Origin: an uncultured Bacilli bacterium
GTDB taxonomy: Bacteria; Bacillota_I; Bacilli_A; RF39; UBA660
Direction: 5' to 3'
Length of the DNA: 41,398 nt
Assembly: GCA_947627805.1 (NCBI GenBank)
Contig: CANQXB010000003.1
Location: 1 to 41,398 of the forward strand
A program made the position numbers and the translations under genes. Shown here piece after piece: positions 25,758 to 35,302 of this stretch; within the stretch, counting starts at the first letter, position 1, and each line of letters starts with the position of its first letter. The notes below the pieces were generated by a model. The model did no database searches. It saw nothing but the letters and a program-made list of their open reading frames with translations, and was not told the DNA's origin.

Positions 25758-26030
25758 ATGTCTAAACAAGAATTAGTAGAAATTGTTGCTGAAAAAGCAG
25801 AACTTTCAAAAGCTGCTGCTGCTAGAGCAGTAGATGCTGTATTTGAAGGTGTTACTACTGGACTTAAAAAGGAAGGAAAAGTTACTTTAGTTGGTTTTGG
25901 TACTTTTAGTGCTAAAAGAAGAGCTGCTAGAGAAGGTATTAACCCTCTAACTAAAGAACCTTTAAAAATTCCTGCAAAGACAGTTGCTTCATTTAAAGCA
26001 GGAAGCAAATTAAAAGATGCTTTAAACTAA
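25758..26030 (+). CDS. hup: DNA-binding protein HU
   Basis: MSKQELV...VTLVGFGTF...R.AREGINP.T...IPAK...FKAG..LKDA. Confidence 0.98.
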   Translation: MSKQELVEIVAEKAELSKAAAARAVDAVFEGVTTGLKKEGKVTLVGFGTFSAKRRAAREGINPLTKEPLKIPAKTVASFKAGSKLKDALN

Positions 26031-26050
26031 TAAGTAAAAATTTAGTAAAT

Positions 26051-26078
26051 AAAAGGTTAGCAAATGCTAATCTTTTTT
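26051..26078 (+). terminator. Terminator after hup
   Basis: AAAAGGTTAGC-aaat-GCTAATCTTTT plus Ts. Confidence 0.75.
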
Positions 26079-26120
26079 GTTTTTAGGATTGTTTTGGGTT
26101 ATAATATAAATGTGATAGTT

Positions 26121-27143
26121 ATGAAAAATAAAAGAATAATAATTTTAATTGTTAGTTTACTTTTAATGATAATACCATTTTTTCTAAATATATTTACGAT
26201 ATTTAAATTAATATCTTTAATAATAGGTATTATTCTTTTTGATGTTTATTTTATAATAGGTAAAAAAATGAATTTATTTTGGATTATTTATTTACCTATT
26301 TTATTATTAGTATTTACTTATAGTTTAGATTATATGAAAACTTATATTTTAGATGTAAGTCCTATTTATATTTTAGAAAATAAAATTAATAATAAAGTAT
26401 CTATTTATAATAGTTTATTTTATCGTATTTATAAATGTGAAGATAAATACATATTTGATAATGAATATAAAATGAATTTTGCTTGTGATACTAAAGCAAT
26501 TGATAATCTAGATATTAATACCCTTTTAGCGGTACCTAATACCACTTATAAAAAATATAAACATGATTTTATTAAAGTAACGGGTAAAATAAGTAAAATA
26601 GTTGGTAAAAGTAAATTAGAAATGCAAAGTTATATACAAGAATCAAAAGATATAAATGGTTATGTTAAATTTAATGAAGGAAGTAAATTAATAATTTATC
26701 TTAATGAAGAAGAACTGCAAAGTTATAAAATATATGATTATATAACTGTGGTTGGTCTTTTAGATAATTTTAATAAAAAAGATGAAGAATTAACTTTAAT
26801 TAATCCCAAAGTTGAAAAAAATGATTTATATAATAATTTTACTTTAGAGGTAATTGAAAGTAAAAATTGTGAACATGATTTAAAAGAATATACTGATAAA
26901 TTTTATACTTTATGTTTAGATAATGTCTATGTTAATTATGAGGTTGATAAATATGAATTAGCTTATGTGTTAAAAGATGGTAAAATTACGATGGCTGATT
27001 TAATTAAAGATGCCAGTGTTAAAAATGAAAATAATTATCATTTATATGAATTAGAAAAATTTAATATATTAAGTTGCCAAAATGATAAAAATATCTTAAT
27101 GAACAAAGATTTAGAAGGGGATTATTCTTTATGTGAAGAATAG
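26121..27143 (+). CDS. Hypothetical membrane protein (3 N-terminal TM helices, possible OB-fold extracellular domain)
   Basis: Hydrophobic N-terminus; KKYK...IKVTGKISKI resembles OB-fold lipoprotein motifs. The upstream in-frame start lies inside the hup terminator, so ATG 26121 is preferred. Confidence 0.75.
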   Translation: MKNKRIIILIVSLLLMIIPFFLNIFTIFKLISLIIGIILFDVYFIIGKKMNLFWIIYLPILLLVFTYSLDYMKTYILDVSPIYILENKINNKVSIYNSLFYRIYKCEDKYIFDNEYKMNFACDTKAIDNLDINTLLAVPNTTYKKYKHDFIKVTGKISKIVGKSKLEMQSYIQESKDINGYVKFNEGSKLIIYLNEEELQSYKIYDYITVVGLLDNFNKKDEELTLINPKVEKNDLYNNFTLEVIESKNCEHDLKEYTDKFYTLCLDNVYVNYEVDKYELAYVLKDGKITMADLIKDASVKNENNYHLYELEKFNILSCQNDKNILMNKDLEGDYSLCEE

Positions 27144-27162
27144 TCTTTTTTTTTAAAATTAG

Positions 27163-27190
27163 TTGACAAAAATAAAATAAACTTTATAAT
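27163..27190 (+). promoter_or_regulatory. Consensus sigmaA promoter
   Basis: TTGACA-16bp-TATAAT. Confidence 0.8.
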
Positions 27191-27214
27191 ATTTTCCAAG
27201 TAAGGAAGAAGATT

Positions 27215-27910
27215 ATGGAAAAAATTAGTGAAGTTATAAAAAATATTCGTAATTATCAAGATTGTAAAGTAATTATAAAAAATGAAGAATCTTTAAAAAT
27301 TTCGATAATTAATTTTGAAGAATATGAAGGTTATTTAAATATTTATACCGAAAAGTATCAATTTAATAAAAAAGGAAATTTAGTTAATTCAAAAAAGATG
27401 TTCCAATATTCTAATAATCCTGAAGTTTTAGCTAAATTAAATTTATCTGAAGAGTATGTTTTATATCGTTTAATATCTATTGTTGCTTATTTAGTTTCTA
27501 ATTCCCTTTTAAATAAAGATAATATGGCAGTAAAAGCTAAAGAAAAAGAACAATCTGTAAATGGTTATAGAAATGCTAATAATATTTTAAATTATATTAG
27601 TAATATGAGTCATCTTACTAATCAAGATATGACCGAAATTGTTGATATGGATGTTAATGCTTTGGCGGAATTTTTAAGAGAAAAAGCCCAAATTGATTAT
27701 CCTTTTATGGAAAGTTTATACCCTGCCTTACGAACTGAAGAAATAATGACCTCAATTAAAATGAATTTAGATGTTATTAAAAGTATTGAGCAAAGAATTG
27801 AGCATCCTCTAAGTAGAAAAGATCGAGAAGTAGCTATCATGGAATGGAAAGAACTTAGTTATGATGAAAATATCATTGAATTAGTTCCTACTAGAATGTT
27901 TCAAAAATAA
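27215..27910 (+). CDS. Hypothetical cytoplasmic protein
   Basis: 231-aa ORF with RBS AAGGAAG, own promoter and terminator; no recognised motif. Confidence 0.8.
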   Translation: MEKISEVIKNIRNYQDCKVIIKNEESLKISIINFEEYEGYLNIYTEKYQFNKKGNLVNSKKMFQYSNNPEVLAKLNLSEEYVLYRLISIVAYLVSNSLLNKDNMAVKAKEKEQSVNGYRNANNILNYISNMSHLTNQDMTEIVDMDVNALAEFLREKAQIDYPFMESLYPALRTEEIMTSIKMNLDVIKSIEQRIEHPLSRKDREVAIMEWKELSYDENIIELVPTRMFQK

Positions 27911-27938
27911 AGCCTCATTAATTAAATGAGACTTTTTT
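27909..27938. terminator. Terminator between convergent genes, probably bidirectional
   Basis: AAAGCCTCATT...AATGAGACTTT imperfect stem flanked by A and T runs. Confidence 0.6.
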
Positions 27939-28738
27939 TATCTAAACCATATGAGAATAAAGGCCGCTAAAGCTAAACAATAAATTGAAAAATGCCATAA
28001 CTTACCTTTTTTAACAATATTACTAAGCCAAAGATAAGAAAAATAAGTAACAATTAAAGAAGCTATAAATCCCCCTAAGTAAGGAAGTAATAAGGAAGTA
28101 GAGGTTCCTATTAAATCTGGAACTTTAAGAAGCATTGTTCCTAAACTAACAGGGAAATATAACATAAAAGTATATTTTAAAGCTTCTTCTCTTTTTAATT
28201 TACAAAGAAGACAAGCAACTAAAACCGTACCACTTCTACTAATTCCCGGAATAATGGTAATCATTTGAAATAAACCAATGATAATAGCATCTTTAAAAGT
28301 AATATCTTCTTTTTCTCCTTTTATATTTCTTACTATATAAAGCATTAAAGCAGTAAATAAGAAAGCCATGGCTAAAATTTTTAAAGAAGTAAAATGAGTT
28401 TCTAAATAGTCATTTAAAAGAATACCAGCAATACCTACTGGTATAGTACTAATAATCATTTTAATAACATATAAGAAGCCATTTTTATAAGTATTTCTTT
28501 TAGAAGAATAAAAAATATACCCAAAAAAATCTTTAATAAGTTTGATAATATCTTTACGAAAAATAAAAAGGATGGCTAAGAAAGAAGCAAAATTAGAAAT
28601 TATTTCAAAATTAAAAGTATTAAACATTTCGGTATTAAATAAATTTTTAAATAAAAAAATATGACCACTTGAAGATATTGGTAAAGGTTCAGTTAAACCT
28701 TGAATAATTCCTAAAATTAAATATTTTATGTAATTCAT
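27938..28738 (-). CDS. uppP: Undecaprenyl-diphosphate phosphatase
   Basis: LGIIQGLTEPLPISSSGH and PGISRSG.T BacA motifs; ATG 28738 follows RBS AGGTGA. Confidence 0.96.
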   Translation of the reverse strand: MNYIKYLILGIIQGLTEPLPISSSGHIFLFKNLFNTEMFNTFNFEIISNFASFLAILFIFRKDIIKLIKDFFGYIFYSSKRNTYKNGFLYVIKMIISTIPVGIAGILLNDYLETHFTSLKILAMAFLFTALMLYIVRNIKGEKEDITFKDAIIIGLFQMITIIPGISRSGTVLVACLLCKLKREEALKYTFMLYFPVSLGTMLLKVPDLIGTSTSLLLPYLGGFIASLIVTYFSYLWLSNIVKKGKLWHFSIYCLALAAFILIWFR

Positions 28739-28798
28739 TTTTATCACCTAGTATAATTATATAATATTTTTTTAAATTTATAAATAAAATTAAGTAGG

Positions 28799-29008
28799 AT
28801 GTTTTATGGTATTTTATTACTAATTTCCTTTATTTTAATGGTAATTGGTTTATTTTTTATAATTGTTTATGTAAACTTACTAGTTCTTGGGTATAGTTTT
28901 TTCGAATTTGTTTATTTTATTATTAGAAGTATTTATCCACTGGGGTTTTTTATTGGAAGTATTATGATGACTCTGATACTTTATAAAATTAGAAAGGGCA
29001 AAAAATAA
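28799..29008 (+). CDS. Small membrane protein (69 aa)
   Basis: Two hydrophobic segments and a basic tail; stop abuts the next start. Confidence 0.65.
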   Translation: MFYGILLLISFILMVIGLFFIIVYVNLLVLGYSFFEFVYFIIRSIYPLGFFIGSIMMTLILYKIRKGKK

Positions 29009-29641
29009 ATGGATTATTACTATGATATTTTATTAAATTTTCAAGATGTTTATTGTATGTTTTATGAATGGGATGAAAATGATTATTTAGAATATATTAA
29101 AAAAATTCCTTTATATCATGTTGATAGTAAAACTTTTAATGATTTTTATTTAAATAAAGTTAAAGTTTCTTTAGAATTTTTAAAAGAGATTTTAAATAAA
29201 ACCAAGTTAAAACAAAATAATTCTTTAAAATATGCTTGTATTATAAGTGATGGGAAAAATAGTTTAGGAGTAGAATTTAACGATGAGGGAATTTTACAAT
29301 ATAAGAGTAGTTTAATTTTAGATGATGAACTTAATATCAATGAATTTATGTTTAATATTAGTATTAGTAATATTACTTATGAAGTTCTTAGTAAAGATGT
29401 TAGCTCTAAATATACTAGACAAGAAGAAAAAGTTAAAAATTTAATTAGAGTAGAAATAAAAGATATTTATGCTAAAAAAAATTATAGTAAACTTAAATAT
29501 ATTTATTTAGAATGGTTTAGAGAACTAAAATGTGATTATGAAAAAATGTATCAAGAAATGTTAGATAAATTAGAAGGGGATTTAACGGAAAGAGAATATA
29601 CAATATATGAATTAATTAAACTATCATATAATAACGTATAA
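29009..29641 (+). CDS. DUF3603/YjbA-like protein
   Basis: YYYDILLNF...FYEW...D.LEYIKKIPL and KSSL..DDE recall the DUF3603 family; recognised from memory only. Confidence 0.6.
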   Translation: MDYYYDILLNFQDVYCMFYEWDENDYLEYIKKIPLYHVDSKTFNDFYLNKVKVSLEFLKEILNKTKLKQNNSLKYACIISDGKNSLGVEFNDEGILQYKSSLILDDELNINEFMFNISISNITYEVLSKDVSSKYTRQEEKVKNLIRVEIKDIYAKKNYSKLKYIYLEWFRELKCDYEKMYQEMLDKLEGDLTEREYTIYELIKLSYNNV

Positions 29642-29674
29642 AAAAGAGAAATAAAACCATATTAAAATTAGGAT

Positions 29675-30223
29675 GTGAGTTTTTTGAAAAAATTATTTTC
29701 TTTAATTTTAATAGGTTTATTATTATGTGGATGTGGTAAAAATACTGCTAAAGATGCTGTATTAAATTATTTAAAAAAATATAAAACTTTAAATAGTGAA
29801 GTTTTATTAGATTTAGAAAGAGTTATTGAAAAGGAAAACTTAGATGATGATAAAAAAGCGAAGTATCGTGATATTTTAAAAAAACAATATAAAGATTTAA
29901 ACTTTGAAGTAGTAGAAGAAGAATATGATAATGATTTAACTTATGTAACCGTAAAAATTGAAGTTTATGATTTAAAGAAAGCTCAAGATGATGCCTATAT
30001 TTATATGGAAAATCATAGTGAGGAATTTAAAGATAAAGATGGTAATATTGATGAAGAAAAATATTTGGATTTTAAATTAGATAAAATGAAAGATACTACT
30101 TTAAGAAGAGAATATGAAATTGTTTTTACGGTTACTAAAGAAGATAAAGAATATATAGTAGAACAACCAACTGAAACGGATTTATTAAAGATTCATGGTG
30201 TTTATAACTATGAGTTATCATAA
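29675..30223 (+). CDS. Putative lipoprotein
   Basis: Signal peptide with lipobox LCGC; acidic/basic soluble domain. Confidence 0.75.
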   Translation: MSFLKKLFSLILIGLLLCGCGKNTAKDAVLNYLKKYKTLNSEVLLDLERVIEKENLDDDKKAKYRDILKKQYKDLNFEVVEEEYDNDLTYVTVKIEVYDLKKAQDDAYIYMENHSEEFKDKDGNIDEEKYLDFKLDKMKDTTLRREYEIVFTVTKEDKEYIVEQPTETDLLKIHGVYNYELS

Positions 30224-30252
30224 ATATTTTAATAAAATTAAAAGGCCCAATT

Positions 30253-30639
30253 TTATTTGGAGCCTTTTCTTTTGGGATTATTTTTAACATAAGAGACATT
30301 AGATTTATAATTTCTTTTAACATTTTTTTTGCTTTGGGTTTTATTTGGTCTTTTTTTATTATTTTTATTCTTATTATTCTTTTTTGGTATAACTTTAGTT
30401 GTAGTTGGACCTTTAGTTTTAGTAATTGTTTTTTTGGTATTCGTTTTTTTAGTTTTTAAAGGAGTTTTTTTCTTTATATTAGTTTTAATTTTTTTAATCT
30501 TTTCTTCTATTTCTTTATTGGGTTTATCTAAATCAAAATATTTTTCAGCAAAAATAAAGATAAAAGCAATTAAACAAACGAAATAAACTAATATGACAAC
30601 AATAAAAAATATATCAATGGGGTCAAATGTTTTATTCAT
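30253..30639 (-). CDS. Single-TM protein with Lys/Thr/Asn-rich basic tail
   Basis: N-terminal TM then low-complexity K-rich tail; ATG 30639 follows RBS AAAGGCGG. Confidence 0.65.
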   Translation of the reverse strand: MNKTFDPIDIFFIVVILVYFVCLIAFIFIFAEKYFDLDKPNKEIEEKIKKIKTNIKKKTPLKTKKTNTKKTITKTKGPTTTKVIPKKNNKNKNNKKRPNKTQSKKNVKRNYKSNVSYVKNNPKRKGSK

Positions 30640-30793
30640 CCCAATTCCGCCTTTCGCCATTATTATAATATATGTTTTGTAAAATTAATAGATGGAAAAT
30701 GTCAAATATAGGACTATTTTTTACACAATTTTGTACAAGATATGCTAAAAGTAGGGAAAATATGATAAAATTAAATAAGAAGGTAGGCATAAT

Positions 30794-32509
30794 ATGCGAA
30801 GTAGGTATTTTAAAATATTAATATTTATTTTTTTATTCATAATTAATATGAATATTTATTATGCTGATGTTTACAGAGGTAAAATAACGGGTACGGGAGT
30901 TAATTTAAGAAGTGGCCCCGGAACTAAATATAGTACCGTTAAAACTTTAAGTAAAAATAGTGAATATACTTTAACGAGCAATAAATTATATAGTGATGAG
31001 GGCGGCTGCTCTAAAGGTTGGTATCAACTTTATTATGAGGGTAGTGCCACGGGTTATGTTTGTGCTAGTTATGTTTCTGTTTCCACTTTAGTTTATAACG
31101 AAAATGCTACGACTAGTTGTGAAGTGAATATGCAGAATGCGGGATTTCCTTCCACTTATTGGCCAGGACTTTGTAAAATGCAAGCGGACCATCCTAGTTG
31201 GCAATTTAAAGCGATTCAAACAGGACTTGATTGGGTAACGGCCGTAAATAAAGAAAGTGTTTGTGGTGAAAGTTATATTTCTAGTAGTGACCCTAGTAAT
31301 GTGGATTCAACTTGTCATAATCCTTATTCTAAAACTTGGTACCCAGCTTCTAGTAGTGCGGTTGCCTATTATATGGACCCAAGGAATTGGTTATCTGATA
31401 GTTATGTTTTCCAATTTGAATATTTAAAATATGATAATGATTTATCTTCATCTTATGCATCGGCAGCTTCGGATTTAATTGACCATTCCGAATTTTATAA
31501 ATATCATTTAGCTAAAGGAACTAATTTAGGCAATGTAATGAATGATGTTGGTAAAGAATTAAATGTAAGTCCTGTTCATATTGCTTCAAGAGTATTGCAA
31601 GAATTAGGAGCTAAAGATTCTTTATATAATTTATATAGTGGTGTTTACCCAGGTTATGAAGGCTACTATAATTTCTATAACTTTGGGGTAAATGATAGTT
31701 GTGCAACTTCTAAAGGGACTACTGTTTGCGGTTTAACTTATGCTAAAGAACATAATTGGTATGGTCTTAATGAAGCTATAAAAGGCGGAGCTAGTCAAAT
31801 TGCTAATAATTATATTGCCAAAGGACAATATACGATTTATTTACAAAAATTTAATGTGGTACCAACCGAAAGTAATAAACTTTATGGCCATCAATATATG
31901 ACTAATATTAATTCCCCATCAGAAGAATCAAAATCATCATATAAAACGTATAATAATGCCGGTCTTATAAATAGTCCATTTGTTTTCTATATTCCTGTTT
32001 ATAATAATATGGACAATTCTAATTATAATTCCAGTAATGGAGCCGTTGATAGCAATGAATTAACAGACCCATCAAAGTTAGCGGTAAGCACTATCGTTAC
32101 AAGTAGTGGTTATCATTATTCAGGAGGTAATATTTCGGGAATAAAAGCGGGAACTTCCATTGGAGAATTTAAAGGAACTATTGAAAGTATTGCGGGAAGT
32201 AATACCGTAACTGTTAAAAATGCCAGTGGTAATTTAGTAACAGATGGTAATATTGGCACTGGTTATAAAATAACCGTTCAAAATGCTAATACTAATGAAA
32301 CCTTAACCGCGATTGTTAAAGGTGATACTTCTGGAGATGGCGTTATTAATGCTCTAGATTTATTACAAGTTCAAAAGAGTTTATTAGGAACTTATAATTT
32401 AAGTGGTGTTTATGATAATGCTGGTGATACCTCTGGAGATGGTGTTATTAATGCTTTAGATTTATTACAAGTTCAAAGAAGTATTTTAGGAACATATACA
32501 ATTAATTAG
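30794..32509 (+). CDS. Secreted SH3b + glucosaminidase-like cell-wall hydrolase + type I dockerin
   Basis: Signal peptide; SH3b VNLRSGPGTKY; AYYMDPRNWL, ASRVLQE.G, YYNFYNFG, TIYLQKFNV, HQYMTN motifs; duplicated GDTSGDGVINALDLLQVQ dockerin repeats. Confidence 0.8.
   Translation: MRSRYFKILIFIFLFIINMNIYYADVYRGKITGTGVNLRSGPGTKYSTVKTLSKNSEYTLTSNKLYSDEGGCSKGWYQLYYEGSATGYVCASYVSVSTLVYNENATTSCEVNMQNAGFPSTYWPGLCKMQADHPSWQFKAIQTGLDWVTAVNKESVCGESYISSSDPSNVDSTCHNPYSKTWYPASSSAVAYYMDPRNWLSDSYVFQFEYLKYDNDLSSSYASAASDLIDHSEFYKYHLAKGTNLGNVMNDVGKELNVSPVHIASRVLQELGAKDSLYNLYSGVYPGYEGYYNFYNFGVNDSCATSKGTTVCGLTYAKEHNWYGLNEAIKGGASQIANNYIAKGQYTIYLQKFNVVPTESNKLYGHQYMTNINSPSEESKSSYKTYNNAGLINSPFVFYIPVYNNMDNSNYNSSNGAVDSNELTDPSKLAVSTIVTSSGYHYSGGNISGIKAGTSIGEFKGTIESIAGSNTVTVKNASGNLVTDGNIGTGYKITVQNANTNETLTAIVKGDTSGDGVINALDLLQVQKSLLGTYNLSGVYDNAGDTSGDGVINALDLLQVQRSILGTYTIN
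32321..32498 (+). repeat. Intragenic ~76-bp direct repeat encoding the two dockerin Ca-binding loop-helix units
   Basis: 32321-32396 and 32423-32498, period 102 bp, mostly synonymous differences. Confidence 0.9.
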
Positions 32510-32517
32510 GAGGATTT

Positions 32518-34050
32518 ATGAAGAAATTAAAATTATTAATATTTACACTTTTAAGTTTAACCATCCTACCAAGTTTAATTTATGCTGCCAGTGGGACAGT
32601 AACTATAAGTGGTACTAATACAGTTGTTGTCGGAAATAAAGTAACGGTAACTGTCAATTTATCAAGTAGTGTAGCCATTGGTAGTTGGGAAATGCAAATT
32701 GGTTATGATAAAAAATATTTGCAACTAACTAGTACTAATGCAGAAGGTAATGGTGTTAAAATGGCTAATTCTTCGGCAACTGGTGTTAAAAGTAAAAAAT
32801 ATACCTTTACTTTTAAAGCTTTAAAAACTGGTTCAACTAAGATTTCTGTTGATATGTATGATGCTTATGCTTATCAAGATTTTAGTGAATTATCTTTAAG
32901 TGCCAGTGGTAAAACCATTAATATTATTACTCAAGAAGAATTAGAAGCTAGTTATTCTAAAGATAATGATTTAAAAGAGTTAAGTGTGGAAGGCTTTGAA
33001 ATAACTCCCGCCTTTAGTAAAGATAATTTAAATTATAAAGTAGTTGTCCCAGAAGGAACAACAAGCATTAATGTGATAGCTACTCCTAATGATAGTAAAT
33101 CTTCTGTAACCGGCGCGGGAACAGTTGATGTATCAGAAGGCGCTAATACGGTAAATATTGTGGTAAGAGCAGAGAATGGTAGTGAAAAAACTTATACCTT
33201 AGTAGCGGAAGTAATTGATGAGCATCCCATAAATGTCAGTGTTGGTAAAGAAAATTATACAGTTATTAAAATAAGAGAAAATTATACTTGTCCTGAGCTA
33301 TTTATGGACAGTGAATTAGAAATAGATGGTTTTAAAATACCAAGTTGTAATAATGAAAAATTAGGTTATGATTTAGTAGGACTTAAAAAAGAAGATGGAA
33401 CAGTTGAAAGTTTTATTTATCAAAATGGTAAATATACTAAATATAATGAGGTAACGGGAACTTCTTTAAAAATTGTTATTTTAGATTATGATGGTACTTT
33501 ACCAGGTCTTTCAAAATCTTCTTCTATGATTGCTGGTAAAACTTATGCGGCTTTAAATTATAAAGATAATTCTAAATTTTATGTTGTTTATGGTATGAAT
33601 GTAGCAACTGGTGAAAAAAATTTCTATTTATATGATACCATAAATGATACTTTAACATTATATGATGATGCGCAAGTTCAAGATTTAATGAAAACTAATC
33701 ATATTTACATGTATATAATTATTGCTTTCGGAGTGGCTTTACTTCTTTCCTTTATTTGTATAATTAGAATGAGTAAAAAGAAAAAAATAGTTAAAGAAGA
33801 TAAAAAAGATAAAAAAGAAATTCCTAAAGAAGATAATTTAATTAAAGAAAAAACACCAAAAGAAGTAAAAGATAAGAAGAAAACTAAAGAAGTAAAAAAA
33901 GAAGAATCAAAGAAAGAAGAGAATAAAAAAGAAGAAGTTAAAGATAAAAATGCGATTGAAGAAATAAATGATAATGAAGATGATGAAACAGAAACTTATT
34001 ATTTATTTGAAAGTGACCGTAAAAAGGCTCATAAGAAAAAACAAAATTAA
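32518..34050 (+). CDS. Membrane-anchored cohesin-like + cadherin-like beta-sandwich protein
   Basis: Signal peptide; V.VG..VTVTV...I.YD...LQL...FTFKA.K.G cohesin-like pattern; S.DN.LK.L.V.G....P.F...V.AENG..KTY cadherin-like repeat; C-terminal TM and K/E-rich cytoplasmic tail. Confidence 0.75.
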   Translation: MKKLKLLIFTLLSLTILPSLIYAASGTVTISGTNTVVVGNKVTVTVNLSSSVAIGSWEMQIGYDKKYLQLTSTNAEGNGVKMANSSATGVKSKKYTFTFKALKTGSTKISVDMYDAYAYQDFSELSLSASGKTINIITQEELEASYSKDNDLKELSVEGFEITPAFSKDNLNYKVVVPEGTTSINVIATPNDSKSSVTGAGTVDVSEGANTVNIVVRAENGSEKTYTLVAEVIDEHPINVSVGKENYTVIKIRENYTCPELFMDSELEIDGFKIPSCNNEKLGYDLVGLKKEDGTVESFIYQNGKYTKYNEVTGTSLKIVILDYDGTLPGLSKSSSMIAGKTYAALNYKDNSKFYVVYGMNVATGEKNFYLYDTINDTLTLYDDAQVQDLMKTNHIYMYIIIAFGVALLLSFICIIRMSKKKKIVKEDKKDKKEIPKEDNLIKEKTPKEVKDKKKTKEVKKEESKKEENKKEEVKDKNAIEEINDNEDDETETYYLFESDRKKAHKKKQN

Positions 34051-34062
34051 TTTATAATGTTA

Positions 34063-34089
34063 AAAAGGTGAGAGAAATCTCATTTTTTT
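34063..34089 (+). terminator. Terminator after the two-gene dockerin/cohesin operon
   Basis: AAAAGGTGAGA-gaaa-TCTCATTTTTTT. Confidence 0.75.
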
Positions 34090-34192
34090 AAAATTTTAAA
34101 AAAATAAATTTGCAAACTAAGAGAAGTTAACTGGTTAATTTAAGTAGTGAATGAATTAATAAAATTTTAAAAATAATAAATATCCCTATAAA

Positions 34193-34221
34193 TTGCAATT
34201 TAATTGATAATAATATATAAT
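34193..34221 (+). promoter_or_regulatory. sigmaA promoter of the polysaccharide operon
   Basis: TTGCAA-17bp-TATAAT. Confidence 0.75.
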
Positions 34222-34238
34222 GGAAATAGGTGGTTTTA

Positions 34239-35294
34239 ATGAATTTGATTGTAAATGGTCATAACATTTTTGAAATATTAATTGTCACTTTTTTAACCAG
34301 TTTAGTTTTAGTACCTATTACAATGAAACTTGCCCACCATGTAGGAGCAATGGATGTACCTAATGAAAGAAAAATTCATAAAGTGCCAATTCCAAGACTT
34401 GGAGGACTCGCCATTTTTGGTTCTTTTCTTTTAGGTTATATTTTATATGGTGAAGTAACAACTCAAATGTTATCTATTTTAATTGGTTCATTTTTAATTG
34501 TTTTAGTTGGAATATTTGATGATATTAAATCTATTAGAGCTTTATATAAATTTATAGTGCAATTAATCGCGGCGATTATTGTAGTTGTTTATGGTAAAAT
34601 ATATTTTACAGAAATAACTTTTTTAGGATTAAAATTAGAGTTTAGTTTATATGTGAGTTATTTTTTATCGATATTCTTTATTTTAGCTATTTCTAATGCC
34701 ATTAATTTTATTGATGGCATGGATGGTTTATCTAGTGGTATAAGTTCAATCTATTTTTTAACTATTGCCATTATTGCTCTTTTACTTAATAGATTAGATG
34801 GTTTAGATATTATTTTATCAATTATTATGTTAGGTTCTACTTTAGGTTTTTTAGTCTTTAACTTTCCTCCAGCCAAGACCTTTGTGGGTGATAATGGTAG
34901 TGTTTTCTTAGGATTTATTATTTCCGTAATTGCTTTACTTGGTTATAAAGTAGCCACTCTTACTTCTTTAGTTATTCCCATAACTATTTTAGCTATTCCT
35001 GTCTTTGATACTGTCTTTGCCATTTTAAGAAGACTTATTAAACATAAAAATATTGCGACAGCCGATAAAGAACACTTTCATCATCAACTTTTAAAAATGA
35101 AATTTACCCCTAGAGTAAGTATAATTATTATTTATTTAATTAATATTATGTTTGCAGTAATATCTATTTTATATGTTATTGGCGACTCTAAAGATGTCAT
35201 TATTTTATATTTAGTGGCGGCCCTTTTAGTTTTATTTGTTGTTTTAAAAACTGATATTTTATATGACCATAAAAAGAAGAAAAAGGTAAAATGA
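34239..35294 (+). CDS. tagO: UDP-GlcNAc:undecaprenyl-phosphate GlcNAc-1-P transferase (TagO/WecA)
   Basis: DVPNERKIH..P.PRLGG, GIFDD, NAINFIDGMDGL, FNFPPAK.FVGD.G, D..HFHH; start ATG 34239 behind RBS AGGTGG. Confidence 0.9.
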   Translation: MNLIVNGHNIFEILIVTFLTSLVLVPITMKLAHHVGAMDVPNERKIHKVPIPRLGGLAIFGSFLLGYILYGEVTTQMLSILIGSFLIVLVGIFDDIKSIRALYKFIVQLIAAIIVVVYGKIYFTEITFLGLKLEFSLYVSYFLSIFFILAISNAINFIDGMDGLSSGISSIYFLTIAIIALLLNRLDGLDIILSIIMLGSTLGFLVFNFPPAKTFVGDNGSVFLGFIISVIALLGYKVATLTSLVIPITILAIPVFDTVFAILRRLIKHKNIATADKEHFHHQLLKMKFTPRVSIIIIYLINIMFAVISILYVIGDSKDVIILYLVAALLVLFVVLKTDILYDHKKKKKVK

Positions 35295-35302
35295 GGTAAT
35301 TT

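Noticed and set aside
30329-30586. 85-aa very hydrophobic + strand ORF
   Set aside because: Antisense mirror of the Lys-rich - strand gene; no RBS.
22920-30712. Shared 10-mer CAAATATAGG upstream of two secreted-protein genes (22920-29, 30703-12)
   Set aside because: An AT-rich 10-mer at different positions relative to the promoters; plausible by chance.
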